The translations under genes and the position numbers were made by a program. A stretch of DNA of 64,000 bases from the human T2T-CHM13v2.0 reference genome, Homo sapiens: positions 17,472,001 through 17,536,000 of the forward strand of contig CP086569.2 in assembly GCA_009914755.4 (NCBI GenBank), read 5' to 3'. The notes below the pieces were generated by a model. It saw only the letters and a program-made list of their open reading frames with translations, had not been told where the DNA came from and did not search any database. The stretch's first letter is position 1. Each line of letters begins with the position of its first letter. Positions 38,367-52,397 of the stretch are shown here, piece by piece.

Positions 38367-38559
38367 TTCCCATTTGAATTCATACACTGCAAAAAGTGGA
38401 TTGACCCCTCCTGTTGGTGGGTCCTCTACAATCTATGAAAGCCTGGAATAGGAAACAAAGATGGAGTAAGAGGAAACCTCTCCTGCCTGATTGAGCTGAA
38501 ACATCAGGATTCTCCTGTCTTTAAACTGGCACCTACATCATGGGCTTTCCTGGGTCTTG

Positions 38560-39110
38560 AGTCTCCAGTGTGAATCCCACACTGTCAGCTCTCCTGGGTC
38601 TTGGATTTTCTGACTCAGATTGGAATTCACACTCAAAGCTCTTCTGGGTCTCAGGTCTTCTGACTCAGACTGGAATTCACACCATTAGCTCTCCTGGCCT
38701 TACGCCTTCAGACTCAGATCGGACTTCACATGATCAGGACTCCTGGGTCTCAGGTCTTCAGACTCAGACTGGAAGTCATACCCTCAGTTATCCTGCATCT
38801 CGGGCCTTCAGACTCAGACTAGAACTCATGCCATCAACTCTCTTGAGTCTCAGGCCTTCACACTCAGACTGGACTTCACATCATCAGCTTTCCTGGGCCT
38901 TGGGCCTTCAGACCCAGATTAGAACTTACACCATCAGCTCTCATTGGCCTCAGGCCTTCAGACTCAGACTTGAACTCACACCATTTGCTCTTCTGGGTCT
39001 TGGGCCTTCAGACTCAGATAGGAGCTCACACCATCAGCTGTCCTGGGTCTCTGGCCTTTAGTCTCAGACTAGAACTTAGACCACCAGCTCTCCTGAATCT
39101 CCCATTGCTG
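38560..39110. repeat. Minisatellite with a unit of about 50 bp, about 11 diverged copies, origin unidentified
   Basis: Successive units resemble 'tcctgggtctcaggccttcagactcagactggaactcacaccatcagctc'. Individual copies differ at 10-20% of positions. The 163-aa ORF at 38570-39061 is a translation of this periodicity. Confidence 0.85.
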
Positions 39111-39173
39111 CCTCCATATGTTAGGAACTCTCATATTCAATTTCTGAGCCAGTTTCTCTTTATAAATCTCTTT

Positions 39174-39482
39174 GAGCTGGGTGCCATGGTTTACGCCTCT
39201 AATTCCAACACATTGGGAGTCCAAGTGTGTGGATCACAAGGTCAGCAGTTCAAGACCAGCCTGGCCAACATGGTGAAACCCCATCTCTGCTAAAAATACA
39301 AAAAATTAGCCAGGTGTTGTGGCACGAGCCTGTAATCCCATCTTCTTTGGAGGCTGAGGAGAATAACTGCTTGAATCCAGGAGGCAGAGGTTGCAGTGCA
39401 CCAAGATCGTGCCACAGCACTCAAGCCTGGGTGACACAGCAAGACTCTGTCTAAAAATAAATAAGTAAATACATAAATAAAT
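39174..39482 (+). mobile_element. Alu (older, CpG-depleted)
   Basis: 'gagctgggtgccatggtttacgcctctaattccaacacattgggagtccaagtgtgtggatcacaaggtcagcagttcaagaccagcctggccaacatggtgaaaccccatctctgctaaaaatacaaaaaattagccaggtgttgtggcacgagcctgtaatccc...'. Confidence 0.9.
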
Positions 39483-40061
39483 CTATTTGAATCTATCTAT
39501 GTGTCTATCTATCTTCTATGGATGCTTTCTCAGAGAACACTGGCTAATACAAACTGTCTCTCCAACCCCACTAGAGTGGTGTCAAAAGACACCCAGTGGA
39601 GTTTTAGGGTGAGAAGTTTACCTGTTTCCCATTGTGGTGTCATTGCAGTCATTATGAGGCATCTGTTTACCCTCCTTGCAATCCCACACTGGACTTACCA
39701 ACATGGATCACAGAGATTATAGGGAAAATGTGGACTTCCACCCCCTCTTCCCTGTAGTGAGGTGGCACTCCACTTATCCTGTGGGCATAATCTTAGAAGA
39801 GGTCTCCACAAAAAAAAATAATAATTACACAATGTGCCAAATCTCAAACATAATCCTAAATGGCCAGGATACAACTGAGAATCACTGTCCAATCACTGTC
39901 CATGCTGAAACATAACATTCCTTCAATGAGTAATTAAAAACTATTGAGGCAGATGAACAGATAGAAAGTTTCAGATAATTAATAGAAGACATAGAGAAGA
40001 ACAAAAATTTGTTAGCACTAACAAATATTGTAACTGAATAAAAGATTACCAGATAGGCTTA

Positions 40062-40447
<386 letters not shown>

Positions 40448-41334
40448 CTAATTTAAATAGCAGAAAATAATAGATAGAAAATTATGTATAGTGTTACAGT
40501 GACCTAACTTCATGTGACTGGAATCCCAGAAGGAAAGGGGAAATCATTTGTGCTAAAAAAAAAAAAAAAACTGAAAAAGTTTCCTAATTTAGCAAAAGTA
40601 ACAAATACACAAATTGAACAAACTGAAATCAAACCCATAATAAACAGAAAGACATTCACACCCATTATTCCTTATTTAATTAAAACATTATCTAGTAAAA
40701 CTTCTAGGTAATATTGACCTACACATGTGAATGGTGAATGAGTATAATATAATATAAATTCATGCATTATAAGGGGAGTATATGCGGTGCGGGGTGAATA
40801 ATACAACTTCCAGCATGAGAATGTCAGGGCAAGGAACTCAGTGAAATAATAAAGCAAGTAGACTTCAAACAACCCCAATTAAAAAAAAAAAACAGAAACA
40901 AAAAAATTAAGATATTTAGAAATTCACAGTATAAGAGAAGAGAAAAAAAGTCCAACTCTTTAAGGATAATACTCAATGTAAAGGAAAGCAGTGTGAATGC
41001 TATGTAATTAAAGATAAAGACTGTTGAGCAGAATTTAAACATTTTTAAATCAGTTTTTCACTTTACAAAATAGACAAATCATGAAGACATAAATATATAA
41101 ACAAAAAATCATGATTTCTGGGGGACACAAACATTTTATGCACAACACTATCATAATTGCCATAAAAGGTAACCTAATCAAAGAGGTAATCTTATTACAT
41201 TTGGCAGTCTACAGGTCGGAGAAAGTCAAAAGTCCCGCTCACACTGGGAGGAAATTAAAGAAAAGTGTGAAGACCAAGAGTTAGGTTCATGGAGGCCACA
41301 CTGGAGTCTGTTCACCACAAATAATAATTCAATT

Positions 41335-41369
41335 ATTCTGTCTATCACCTATCTATCTAATCATCTTTG

Positions 41370-41403
<34 letters not shown>

Positions 41404-41564
41404 CCATCATCCATCCATTTCTTATTTTTCTACCTTTCCATCCATAGCTATCTATCTATCCATCTATTTATCTACCTACCTACCTATCCACCTGCCATCT
41501 CTATTTATCTTGCATATACTTATCCATTTATTTATTCATCCATCTCTTTCTTTCTCTCCATCCA

Positions 41565-41618
<54 letters not shown>

Positions 41619-41875
41619 ATCTATCATCTATCAATCCACCCACTATCTCCATTTATCTTGCATGTACTTATTCATTTATCTATCCTTCCATCTCTATCTT
41701 TCTCTCTCTCTATTTCTCTGTCTCTCTCTCTGTCTATCTATCTATCTGTTGACCTATTCATCTCTATTTTTCTATTCAGGTATTTATCTATTCATTCAGC
41801 TATGCATTTATCTCTATCTTTCTATCTATGTATTTATCTATGTCTATTTATCATGTATTTATTTATCTATCCCTC
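41335..41875. repeat. Complex (TCTA)n/(TCCA)n/(TCTC)n tetranucleotide-type tract of about 540 bp with an internal higher-order duplication of about 165 bp
   Basis: Pure (tcta)n blocks lie at about 41372-41400 and about 41566-41616. The segment 'ccatctctatttatcttgcatatacttatccatttatttattcatccatctctttctttctctccatccatatctatctatc' reappears as 'cactatctccatttatcttgcatgtacttattcatttatctatccttccatctctatctttctctctctc'. The ORFs at 41510-41946 are artefacts. Confidence 0.9.
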
Positions 41876-42723
41876 GTCGATGTAATTTTAAAAACAACTA
41901 CATAAGCCAGAAAATCATAACTGTATTTAGATCAGTAGATTTTTAATATGTGTTCATTTTTAATGTTAAAAACATATTATGGTCCTTCTTTTAGAATATT
42001 TTGACTTTATTGAAAATAACATATTTATGTTTATTTAATAAACATTTTGTGTAGTGTGTTGTCTTTAGAAATAAGGTGGCATTATTGATTCTGTCTTTTC
42101 AGATATTGTTAAAATCCTAATCACAAATCATTTGTTTGGGGATATAGCCAGCTGTATGTCATAACAGTGAGAGGAAAATGCATACAGGGCTCATAAAATG
42201 CTTCTAAAAAGCCTTTAAAAGCTTTTATAGTTATAATGTGTATAAGTTGGTTGAAAGAAAGCCAATATTCTAAAAAAGTGGTCTCCAGCATTTATGGCAC
42301 CGGGGTCAAGTTTCTGGGAAGACAATTTTTTCCTGGACTAGGAGTTGGGGGAGATGTTTATGGGATGATTCGAGTGTATTACCTTTATTCTGCACTTTAT
42401 TTTTATTATTATTCCATTGTAATACAATGAAATAATTATTCAGCTCTCCATAATGTAGCATCCATGGGAAACCTGAGCTTGTTTTCGGCAACTAGGCAGT
42501 CCCATCTGGGGGTGATAGGAGACAGTGAGAAATCATCAGGCATTAGATTCTCATAACGAGCACACAGCACATGATGGGGTTTGAACTTTTATGGGAATCG
42601 AATGACTCTGCTGATCTGACAGGAGGTGGAAGTTAGGCAGTAATAATTGGAATGGGGAGGGCTGTAAATACAGATGAAGCTTTGCTTACTCATCCACCTC
42701 TCACCCGCTGCTGTGACACCTGA

Positions 42724-43044
42724 TTTTTTGTTTTTGTTGTTTGTTTGTTTGTTTGTTTTTGTTTTGAGACAGATTCTCGCTTGGTTGCCTATGCTGGAGT
42801 AAAGTGCCATGATCTTTGCTCATTGCAACCTCTGCCTCCTGAGTTCAAGTGATTCTCCTACTTCAGGTTCTCAAACCAATGAGATTACAGGCACCTGCCA
42901 CCACACCTGGCTAATTTTTGTATTTTTAGTAAGGATGGGGTATTACCATGTTGGCTAGGCAGTCTTGAACTCCTGACCTAAAGTGATTTGCTTCCTTAGC
43001 CTCCCAAAGTGCTGAGATTACAGGTGTGAGTAACTACCTGGCCG
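42724..43044 (-). mobile_element. Alu, antisense, with a (TTTG)n-rich tail
   Basis: 'tttgttttgagacagattctcgcttggttgcctatgctggagtaaagtgccatgatctttgctcattgcaacctctgcctcc...gctgagattacaggtgtgagtaactacctggccg'. Confidence 0.9.
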
Positions 43045-46000
43045 TGGCCTGCTTTTTAACAGACCACAGACTGATACCAGTCCATGACCTAGGGGTTGGG
43101 GACGCCTGCTCTAATGGAATCACCAGAAAATATTAAACAAAAGTCCATAAGTTAGCCATAGTTTTATGATTCAAAAGGTTTGTGGCCACAATATTAATAA
43201 AATGAGCAAAATATTAATGATGAGGAGGAAAACCCTATTATATAATCAGGAAAATGATTCACAGGTTATCACATGATTTTCATGAAGATAAAGCAACTAC
43301 ACTTGAAACTTCAAGTTAGACCATTCCATTTCAAAAACATGCCTAGACTTCTGATATGTTCAAGCATTCCCCATATCTCCACTACCTCAGCCAGCTGTTA
43401 GCTCAGAGATTAACACCACAAACAGTAAAACTATTGTGTACAAATGTCTACATGTCCTGAGAGCAATTTCTAGCACTTCCACTTCTGTGGCCAGCATGTA
43501 AATGCCAAATTGTGATGCAATCCTATTTTAACAGCATAGTCTTCTTAAACACCTGTGTGTGAAATTTCTGTGTATGTGTAATTAGGATCTGTAAAGGGAG
43601 CTAGAAGAGGCCAATTTAATAAAAATGACAAATTGAAAGAAGTAACTAAAGAGGAAGACACAACTATGCTGTAGGGCTCCTACAAACTTTTTACTAGTCC
43701 CTGCTTGAGAAATCCTGAAGGACTCGTTTATAGCCTCCTTTCTTAATGCATTAGCAGCCACTTTAGCTTCTGACAGTAGAAATTGAAAGAATCTCCACAG
43801 AATCACTTCATTTTCCTCATTCTCTGTGTCTGGTTTGGCTTCATTTAGAGACTATTAACAAATATCATGTTCCTCTTTTATGCCCTCTCACTGCAGAAAC
43901 TAATGAAGCAGATTAGTTACTCTGGGAACACTGATATTGGCTCAGACAAAGCTCAGTGCCGTCGACGAATGCAGCACAAAGTTAATTTGGGTCAGTGTTA
44001 GAAATATACATGGCAGTTTTGGAAACTTAGGCATTCATCATGACCATTGGAGCCATAGGTAATATAATTTAAATGAAGCAAATGTGGCTGCTTTGCTTAT
44101 TCGTTAGCAGGGTAGCTAGGTAGATCATTTAATATTGCATTATTTTTGAAATACACAATGAGGGCTTAGACCTAGAAAACTGGAAATCTATCTGCAGGAA
44201 TGAATACAATCAGAATGTATGGCACCACAAAACTCATATATGTAGCCAGTCTGTGAATACCTTAATTTGCTTGGTACCAGTCTATAAACTACATAAAAAT
44301 AAAAAATAAAAAGAACAATAAACACAGTTTGAAACATTTAACCTTGAAGAATCATCTTTGGAAAATGCTCTAGAAAATCCACAGTATAATATGAACTCAA
44401 TGATTTGTAAGCACTTGTAAGGGCTCCAGCACACATGCGACATTGTCTTTCATCATATTTTCTGTGAATCTTGACAACTTCACAGTGATTCCCTGATAGC
44501 AACACTTTTCTGCTAGAAGAATGCCCTTGAAAGATATGACAGCAAGTATGCCTGTAACAACTGCCCAGGACAGACCATATTGCTCACGGTGGGAGTGGAC
44601 AGTTAGAAGATAACAGACTAGAAAATCATATTTAACAGTTCTATGTAAAGATTAGAAACATCATCGTCTAAGTAGAGGGGGGTCCCTGGACATGCCACTA
44701 GCAACTATCATCTCCAGAATTTTTTCACAATCTCTTATGGTATCTGTGTCCATTACACTTTATTATGATTTGACTTACATATCTCAAAATTTATATGCTG
44801 AAGCCCTGCCCACCCCCACTTCCCAGTATCTTAGAATATGACCATATTTTTAAATAAAGTTATTACAGATTTACTTAAGTTAGCATTAGGTCATATTAGA
44901 ATAAAATGGATCCTTAATCCAGTGTGACCAGTGTCTTTATGAAAAGGAAACGTTTGAACTCATGGGGAGAAGATCAAGTAAGACAGAAGCAGAGATTGGA
45001 TTTATGCCACCAAGAAACTACCAGAAACTAAGAAAAAGGCTGGATCAGTTATTGACCTCACACTTTCAGCAAGAGCACATTCCTAGTCTCACATTTCTGG
45101 CCCCCAAAAACTTTATGGCAATAAATTTATTTTGCTTAAGCCATTCAAAGGGTGACATGGTGCTATGGCAATTCTAACACATGCAGCCCTTTTTTTGTTG
45201 ATTGTTTAGGTGCAATAATTAGAATACACATTTACTACCTTAGGTAGCAAGACATTTTCTTATCCAATATTAGAAAGTTGAGCATATTTCCTGGGATATC
45301 AGAAAGTCAGGTCTTAAAGCTTATGCAGCCGGAAAAAGAAATTAAGCAACATTTTGTGAGCTTTTATAGGGCAAATGGCAGGTTTCCTACCACCTTTTAG
45401 TCTTGCCTTTGGAAAATAGTAATTCACTTCTGAAACCAAATCTCCCTCTATACTGTCAAGTTTCACCAGAAATTGGGTCATCTATTGCACACCCAACATG
45501 CAAGGGAGTGAGGACACCATCTGACTTCTACATTGTGAGTCAGCTCAGACCTGGAGTAATTCATAATCCAGGCAGACCGTTTTGATTGGAAGGCCACAGA
45601 GAACAAAGATCCACAAACATGTCTGAAATTTATAACATTAAAGATATTATTTTGTGATTACTTCATCTTTTTGTCTCATATACATAGAAAATCAATGCTG
45701 TACCATCATAGTTTCAGCCACTGGGAATCCAAGATGAACAAGACAGTTGCATTTCTGTTCTTCGTGGAGCTTATATTCTAGTAAGGAAAATTATTTTAAG
45801 ACATTAAAATATGTTCTCACTCACAAGTAGGAGCTAAGCTGTGAGGGTGCAAAGCCATAAGAATGACCCAATGGACTTTGGGGACTCAGGGAGAAAGGGT
45901 GGGAAGGGGGTGAGGTAAAAAAGACAACATATTGGGTTCAGTATATACTGCTCCAGTGATGGGTATACAAAAATCTCACAAATCACTGTTAAAGAACTTC

Positions 46001-46476
46001 CTCATGTAGTCAAATACCACCAGTTACCCAAAAGCTTATGGAATTTTTTTAAATAAAATATATTAAAATAGAATTACAGTTATGACTAATGCTTTCAAGG
46101 ATAAGTACAACTGGTGTCTATGTGCAGAGTTATGTTAAGTTGTTGGTCACACAGAGGATGGGTGATTTGAAGGAAAAGCCCACAGGTAGAGTTATGTGAG
46201 TTCACAGCTAGTGCAGAACACATTGTACAGGGAAAAAGGAAAATTGAAATCAAGGTCTGCTCTGCAAGCTCTGCCCTGGTACATTGTTGTGTCTGCCCCA
46301 ACTGAGGTACGCTGTTTCCTAATAAGCACTATGCCTTGCATTGACTAAGGGGAGTACTGTGTGCAGGTTGTGCTGAGGCTATACAAAGAAGAAAAGGTGA
46401 AAAGGAGAGACAGAAAGAATGCTGTTTACATTGAGAGCAAAAAGATGAAGAGATTCACCCTGAGGTCTAATTCTGA

Positions 46477-46861
<385 letters not shown>

Positions 46862-47562
46862 AGGGTGTTCATTTTTGTACTTGGCCAGACAGGTTCTCTT
46901 TTACCCTGCATAACCTGTAGCCATTCTATTTTTCCACACTTTTGCTATTTGTTTGATTTTTTTCTCAAAGCATTTTACGATTGTTTTGCCCAATTTAGAA
47001 ATGAAATAATTATAGTGGAATTGGATGGAATCACACATACACACATTCATACACGTGCATACTTTTAGCTATAGATTTTTAATCAAAAGTTACCTTTTTA
47101 TATGTTTAGATACTATTCATGACTCTTGATGACTATATTATTTTCTTACTATGAATGATTAGTGTGTTTCTATTTTCCCCTTAATTATAGGACTACAAAA
47201 ATATTGTTTTAAAGGTAATTATTTATAGCCAGCTAGTTTTCCAAATGTTAATATTAATGCTAGCTTCTACTTTTTCCTGTTACTCAGTTTTTCATGTATA
47301 TGATTATATCAACAGAAAAAAACAGAAATAACTATCTTTTTATTTATATAGTTTATGTTACTAAACTTGTTCTTTAATCTACTAGCTAAAATCTCAAAGG
47401 TCATGTTATATAACAAGGTTGAAAGTAAGTATTCTCTTCTTTGTTCCTTTCACTAAAATTTCTTTCAGTGTTTACCATTTAAGATAGTTGCTGTTGTTAT
47501 AGGCATAATTCTGTCCCCTTATCATTCAGAGGTGTTTTAAATGTGTTTTCAGATTTTTATTT

Positions 47563-47770
47563 TGTTTTTTTTTTTCGAGACAGGATCTGGTCTATCACTC
47601 AGGATGGAGTGCAATAGCATGATCTCTGCTTACTGCAGCCTTGACCTGACAGGCTCAAGGGATTTTCTCACCTCAGCCTCCAGAGTAGCTGGGACTATAG
47701 GCAGACCACTACATCTGGCTAATTCCTTTGCATATTTTGTAGAGACAGGGTTTTTGCCACATTTTCCAAG
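47563..47770 (-). mobile_element. Partial Alu, antisense (3' roughly 200 bp)
   Basis: 'tttttttttttcgagacaggatctggtctatcactcaggatggagtgcaatagcatgatctctgcttactgcagccttgacctg...ctgggactataggcagaccactacatctggctaattcctttgcatattttgtagagacagggtttttgccac'. Confidence 0.8.
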
Positions 47771-50129
47771 CAATGTCTAGCCTGTTTCCCTTTCCTTGTT
47801 CATAAAGAGGCACTCTACTTAACATGTGATTGCTGATTAATTAAGATAATGCCATTAATTAATTTGAATACATAATTAGATTAACAATAATAATAAAAGT
47901 ATCTACCCATGGAAAATAAAAATAGAAACACAGAGTGGAAACTGTGTGATTTATGGAGTGAGTACACATTTTGTATATTATCAGTACAAGTTTAAATAAT
48001 GTCTACTGAGTTTTTTCTCTTTTTTTTTTTTGTTGTTGTTGGTTAACTTAGTTGAGAGGACTCAATTCATGTTTCTTTGATCAATTTAAGTTTGTCCTGA
48101 AAATAGGGTGGTGTGTCTACCTGATTAACAGATGAAATGAAGTCAATCTATGTTCACGTCATTTGGAACTGTAATTGGTTTATTTAACTGGCTCCTGTAA
48201 ACCAGCACAGAATCAGCCCAGATTCTTCTGCCACTACTCCAGAGAGGTATAGGTCTCCTGGGAATTTGAATAATTAAAACTACTCAAGGGGTTTAAATTC
48301 CTCACTACACAGAGACATTCAACTACAATAAGTTTCATGAAATTGAAGTTATTTTTCTTTACAGAGTCCCCATCTCAGTCAAAGATGTTAACAGCTTCAG
48401 TTTGAATGTGAAAAGGAAAACTGAGCTCCAGCATTCTCAAGAAAGAAATATAAATCCATCTTTTTATCTTATTTCCTCTCAAAAGCAAGTATATGGATTT
48501 TTTTAAGCAGGACCCTTGTGTCACATTTAAATAATGATTTTAATCATTACACAGAAGTGACAGGAGTTAAATAAATGCCCCTCGTCTTATCCTCAGTTTG
48601 TACTTGCATAATTTTTCTGTGTTTTATTTAGTTGCTTTTAAAGGCAAATTTACCAAATGCTCCTAAATCAAATTTACTACCCACTGTTATGTGGGCAATT
48701 TTCTTAGCCATTACTAGAGCTGCTTTTGTTAACCTGTTGGTGCCAAGCACTGAGCTAAATCTTTCTCATATAGCCCTTATCACTAGCTCATGTTGCCTAT
48801 GAGGAAATTGGGGTTCTTAGCATTAAAAAGACTGAACAATGTTCATAATTGTACACACTAGTGCTAGAATGGAACACATTGTCTGCCCAAAATGTACTTG
48901 ATATCTGAACCACTACTCAGTGCTTTTCCCAAGATTATGGATCCTTCCAAATCAAGAAGTCACAGAATTGTCTTATTTTCTTCATATATAAACTATTGTA
49001 CCATTAGTGCATTATTCCTAAGTCATTTGAGTTGAGATAAACTCCAGTGTCCCTGACATTCTTGAACTTGTTCAGTCAAGCTCAAAATAGCCCAATGGAT
49101 AACTCAAAAACCAAGATTAAAGGAATACTCAGACTAAGGGAGTAAAACTACTTTTTTGCCTTATTTCATCACTCTATATGCTCATTTCTGGATTTGGTTA
49201 AGTGGCCATAGTATTAAACATTTCTTTTAAAACATTTTAATTTTTTATATATTTTTATCTTTTTATGTCACTTTGAATAATAAGTATGCACTCATTGCTA
49301 AATTCTAAGCTCTTTTATTTAAATAACAAATGTAAAATGAGGCCCAGCATATATATTATAATATATAAGACATATATATCTTTATTTATATTTATATATA
49401 TATATCTTTTTTCTTTTTTTCTCCCCTGCCACTAGAACAATTCTGCTTCAGCAACAAATTAAAATATTAAGCTTACATGTAGAAAAAGCTCTTAATGACA
49501 GTAGCAGTGGACTTAAGTTGTGATCAGATAAATTTGCTTGGCTGTGTACTGTTGTGTTGCGAAATTGAATGTGTTAGATATGCTTACCACAGCCAAAGGA
49601 GGGGTTTGCCCATAACTGCATACTGAATGTTGTGTGTCTATCCCTAACAATTCTCACAATATTACTCTCCTTGAAAAGGCATGGTGGGTGTGGCTTTTAT
49701 TAATTGTGCTTTTAATTTTCCTGTGTTTACCCTGTATCTGTAATCTACATCCATTATGCCTTCCCCATATATCTGTAAGGGTATTTTCCTACAATTGAGT
49801 ATCAGATTGGGGCTAAATGTGGAGGAGAAGTTAAATATTAAATTTCAATTCAATTGAAAATGGACAAAAACAATGGTCACCAAGTCCTGGAACAGGTTGT
49901 GTGAACTCCTTAAGGTGTTCATTCAGCACTGTTACAGAGAAATGTTTATTTCAATCTATTCCTATATGTCAGTTATTGAAAAACAATAGAAAATTGCAAA
50001 ATAACAAGTTGACCTTTTTGTGTGCAATGAGTTCAGTCATGAAGGGACCTTGTGAATGGGCCTCATGCCAAACAACCCGTTAAAGAGCTAGGGTCCTAGA
50101 CTGCACTGAAGCTTCATGTGAGCTCTCCT

Positions 50130-50350
50130 GGTCTGTGCATGAATGAGTGGCTGACTCTGGAGACCAAGCTGTTGCTTCCCAGTGTAGTCATGAATCCTCC
50201 ATAGTCTGGTGAGTGTAGTATTCGATTCTGAAGCCCAGGTTGTTGCGTCCCAGTCTGGTGGTGAATCCTCCATACTATGGTGAGTGTGGTGTCCAACTCT
50301 GGAGCCCAGGCTGTTGCTTCCCAGGCTGGTGATGAATCCTCCATTGTCTG
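50130..50350. repeat. Tandem repeat with a unit of about 70 bp, about 3.5 copies, followed by a TA-rich tract (50350-50420)
   Basis: Units: 'ctggagaccaagctgttgcttcccagtgtagtcatgaatcctccatagtctggtgagtgtagtattcgatt', then 'ctgaagcccaggttgttgcgtcccagtctggtggtgaatcctccatactatggtgagtgtggtgtccaact', then 'ctggagcccaggctgttgcttcccaggctggtgatgaatcctccattgtctgtgagtgtg'. A partial copy also precedes them from about 50100. Confidence 0.85.
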
Positions 50351-51098
50351 TGAGTGTGTATATATATCTCCATTATATATCTATATTATATATAGATATA
50401 GATATTATATATTATACACACAGCCAAACCATATCAGTCAGGAAACGTGATTCTCTTTATCTTCTGCCTCTAAGCTGGGGAAGAGACATAAACACTGAGA
50501 TTTCCCCAGAGCTACAGTGGGCAACCCAGGAATGCCAAGTCAGTCTTACACTATAGGCAGCACTGAATTGGCAGAGGAACCCACATCTTCAGACAACTGA
50601 AAGAAAACACAGCCGCAGCTGGAAGAAAACACAGGGGAGTCACACAGCTGAGCCAGAGTCTACCAAAGTATCCATAAGCCTAACTGTCACATGCTGGATC
50701 ACCACATAAAGCTTTAACACCAAAAATACCTCACTAATATAAGCCCATGTGAAACCAGAGACAAGGAGTCAGCTTCAGAAATGACCCTACACAAAGCCTG
50801 AGACTGGTGAAAACAAGGAGAAAAGAAGTCAATTGAGTGTACTCAATCTATACTGCAGTTAAAGAACACACATGCAGAGATGACAAAGAACCAACATAAG
50901 GAATGTGGTAACTCAAGTGGCTAGTGTTGGATGTCCTCCAAATGACTAGACAAGTTCTCCAACAAGAGTTCTTAACCACACAGAACTGGCTGGCATGACA
51001 GAAATGTAATTCAGAATGTGGATAGGAACAAAGATCATTGAGATTCATGAGGATGACAAAACCCAATATAAGGAAAATAATCACAATAACTGATATAG

Positions 51099-51437
51099 GA
51101 GCTGGGCCAACCATGATGGTGCATGCCTGTAATTCCAGCACTTTGGGAGCCTGAGGCAGATGGATCATTTCAGGTCAGAAGTTTGAGACCAGCCTGGCCA
51201 ACATGTGAAACCCGATCTCCACTAAAAATAATACAAAAATTGGCCAGGTATGGTGGCAGGAGCCTGTGATCTCTGTAATCGCAGCTACTTGGCAGGCTGA
51301 GGCAGAATTGTTTGAGGCCAGGAGGTGGAGGTTTCAGTGAGTCAAAATTGCATCACTGCACTCTATCCTGGGTGAGAGAACAAGACTCTGTCTCACCAGA
51401 AAAAAAAAAAAAAAACAGAGAGAGAGAGAGAGAGAGA
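51099..51437 (+). mobile_element. Alu (old, diverged) with a poly-A tail and a following (GA)n
   Basis: 'ggagctgggccaaccatgatggtgcatgcctgtaattccagcactttgggagcctgaggcagatggatcatttcaggtcagaagtttgagaccagcctggccaacatgtgaaacccgatctccactaaaaataatacaaaaattggccaggtatggtggcagg...' and 'aaaaaaaaaaaaaaaacagagagagagagagagag'. Confidence 0.9.
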
Positions 51438-52073
51438 TGCATATAGATACAGTAGCTGAAGGACAAAATAGCCAGTACAAAAACTTATGTAACAGGTCTG
51501 AATAACACAATACAAGAATTTCACAATGCAGTCACAAGTAGTAACAGCAGAATAAACCAAGCTGAGAAAAGAATCTCGAAACTGGAAGATCAGTTCTCTG
51601 AAATAAGACAGTCAGACAAATAAATAAATAAAAATAAAAAGGAATGAACAAAACATCTGAGAAGTAGGGGATTATGTAAAGAGGCCAAATCTATGAATCA
51701 CTGGTGTATTTGAAAGGAAGGAGGTGAAAGCAAACAAGTTGGAAAATATATTTCAGGATATTATCCATGAAAATTTTCCCAAATTTGCTGGAGAGGCCAA
51801 CAGTCAAACTCAGAAAATACAGAGAACTCGTGCAAGATTCTACACAAGAAGATCGTTCTCAAGTCACATTCAAAATCTTTAACAAGTAGTCTGTTTCTGC
51901 AAAGGCATTCTTCTAATCTAAAGGGATACAAGGCATGAACAACAGTAAGGCCATTCTAGTGACTATCAACAGAAGAATACTTCTAGTTTTTGTTTCCTTT
52001 GAAAACTGGCAGTCCTGGTTTGAGCAATGTGGCTTCTATTTTTTCTTTTGGAGTTCATATTATCTCCTTCTCA

Positions 52074-52397
<324 letters not shown>

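Noticed and set aside
38570-39061. 163-aa ORF with an internally repetitive product ('SDSDWNSH...LSWVSGLQTQ')
   Set aside because: The 50-bp periodicity of the underlying minisatellite is not a multiple of three. The apparent protein repeat is a frame-walking artefact across diverged DNA repeat units.
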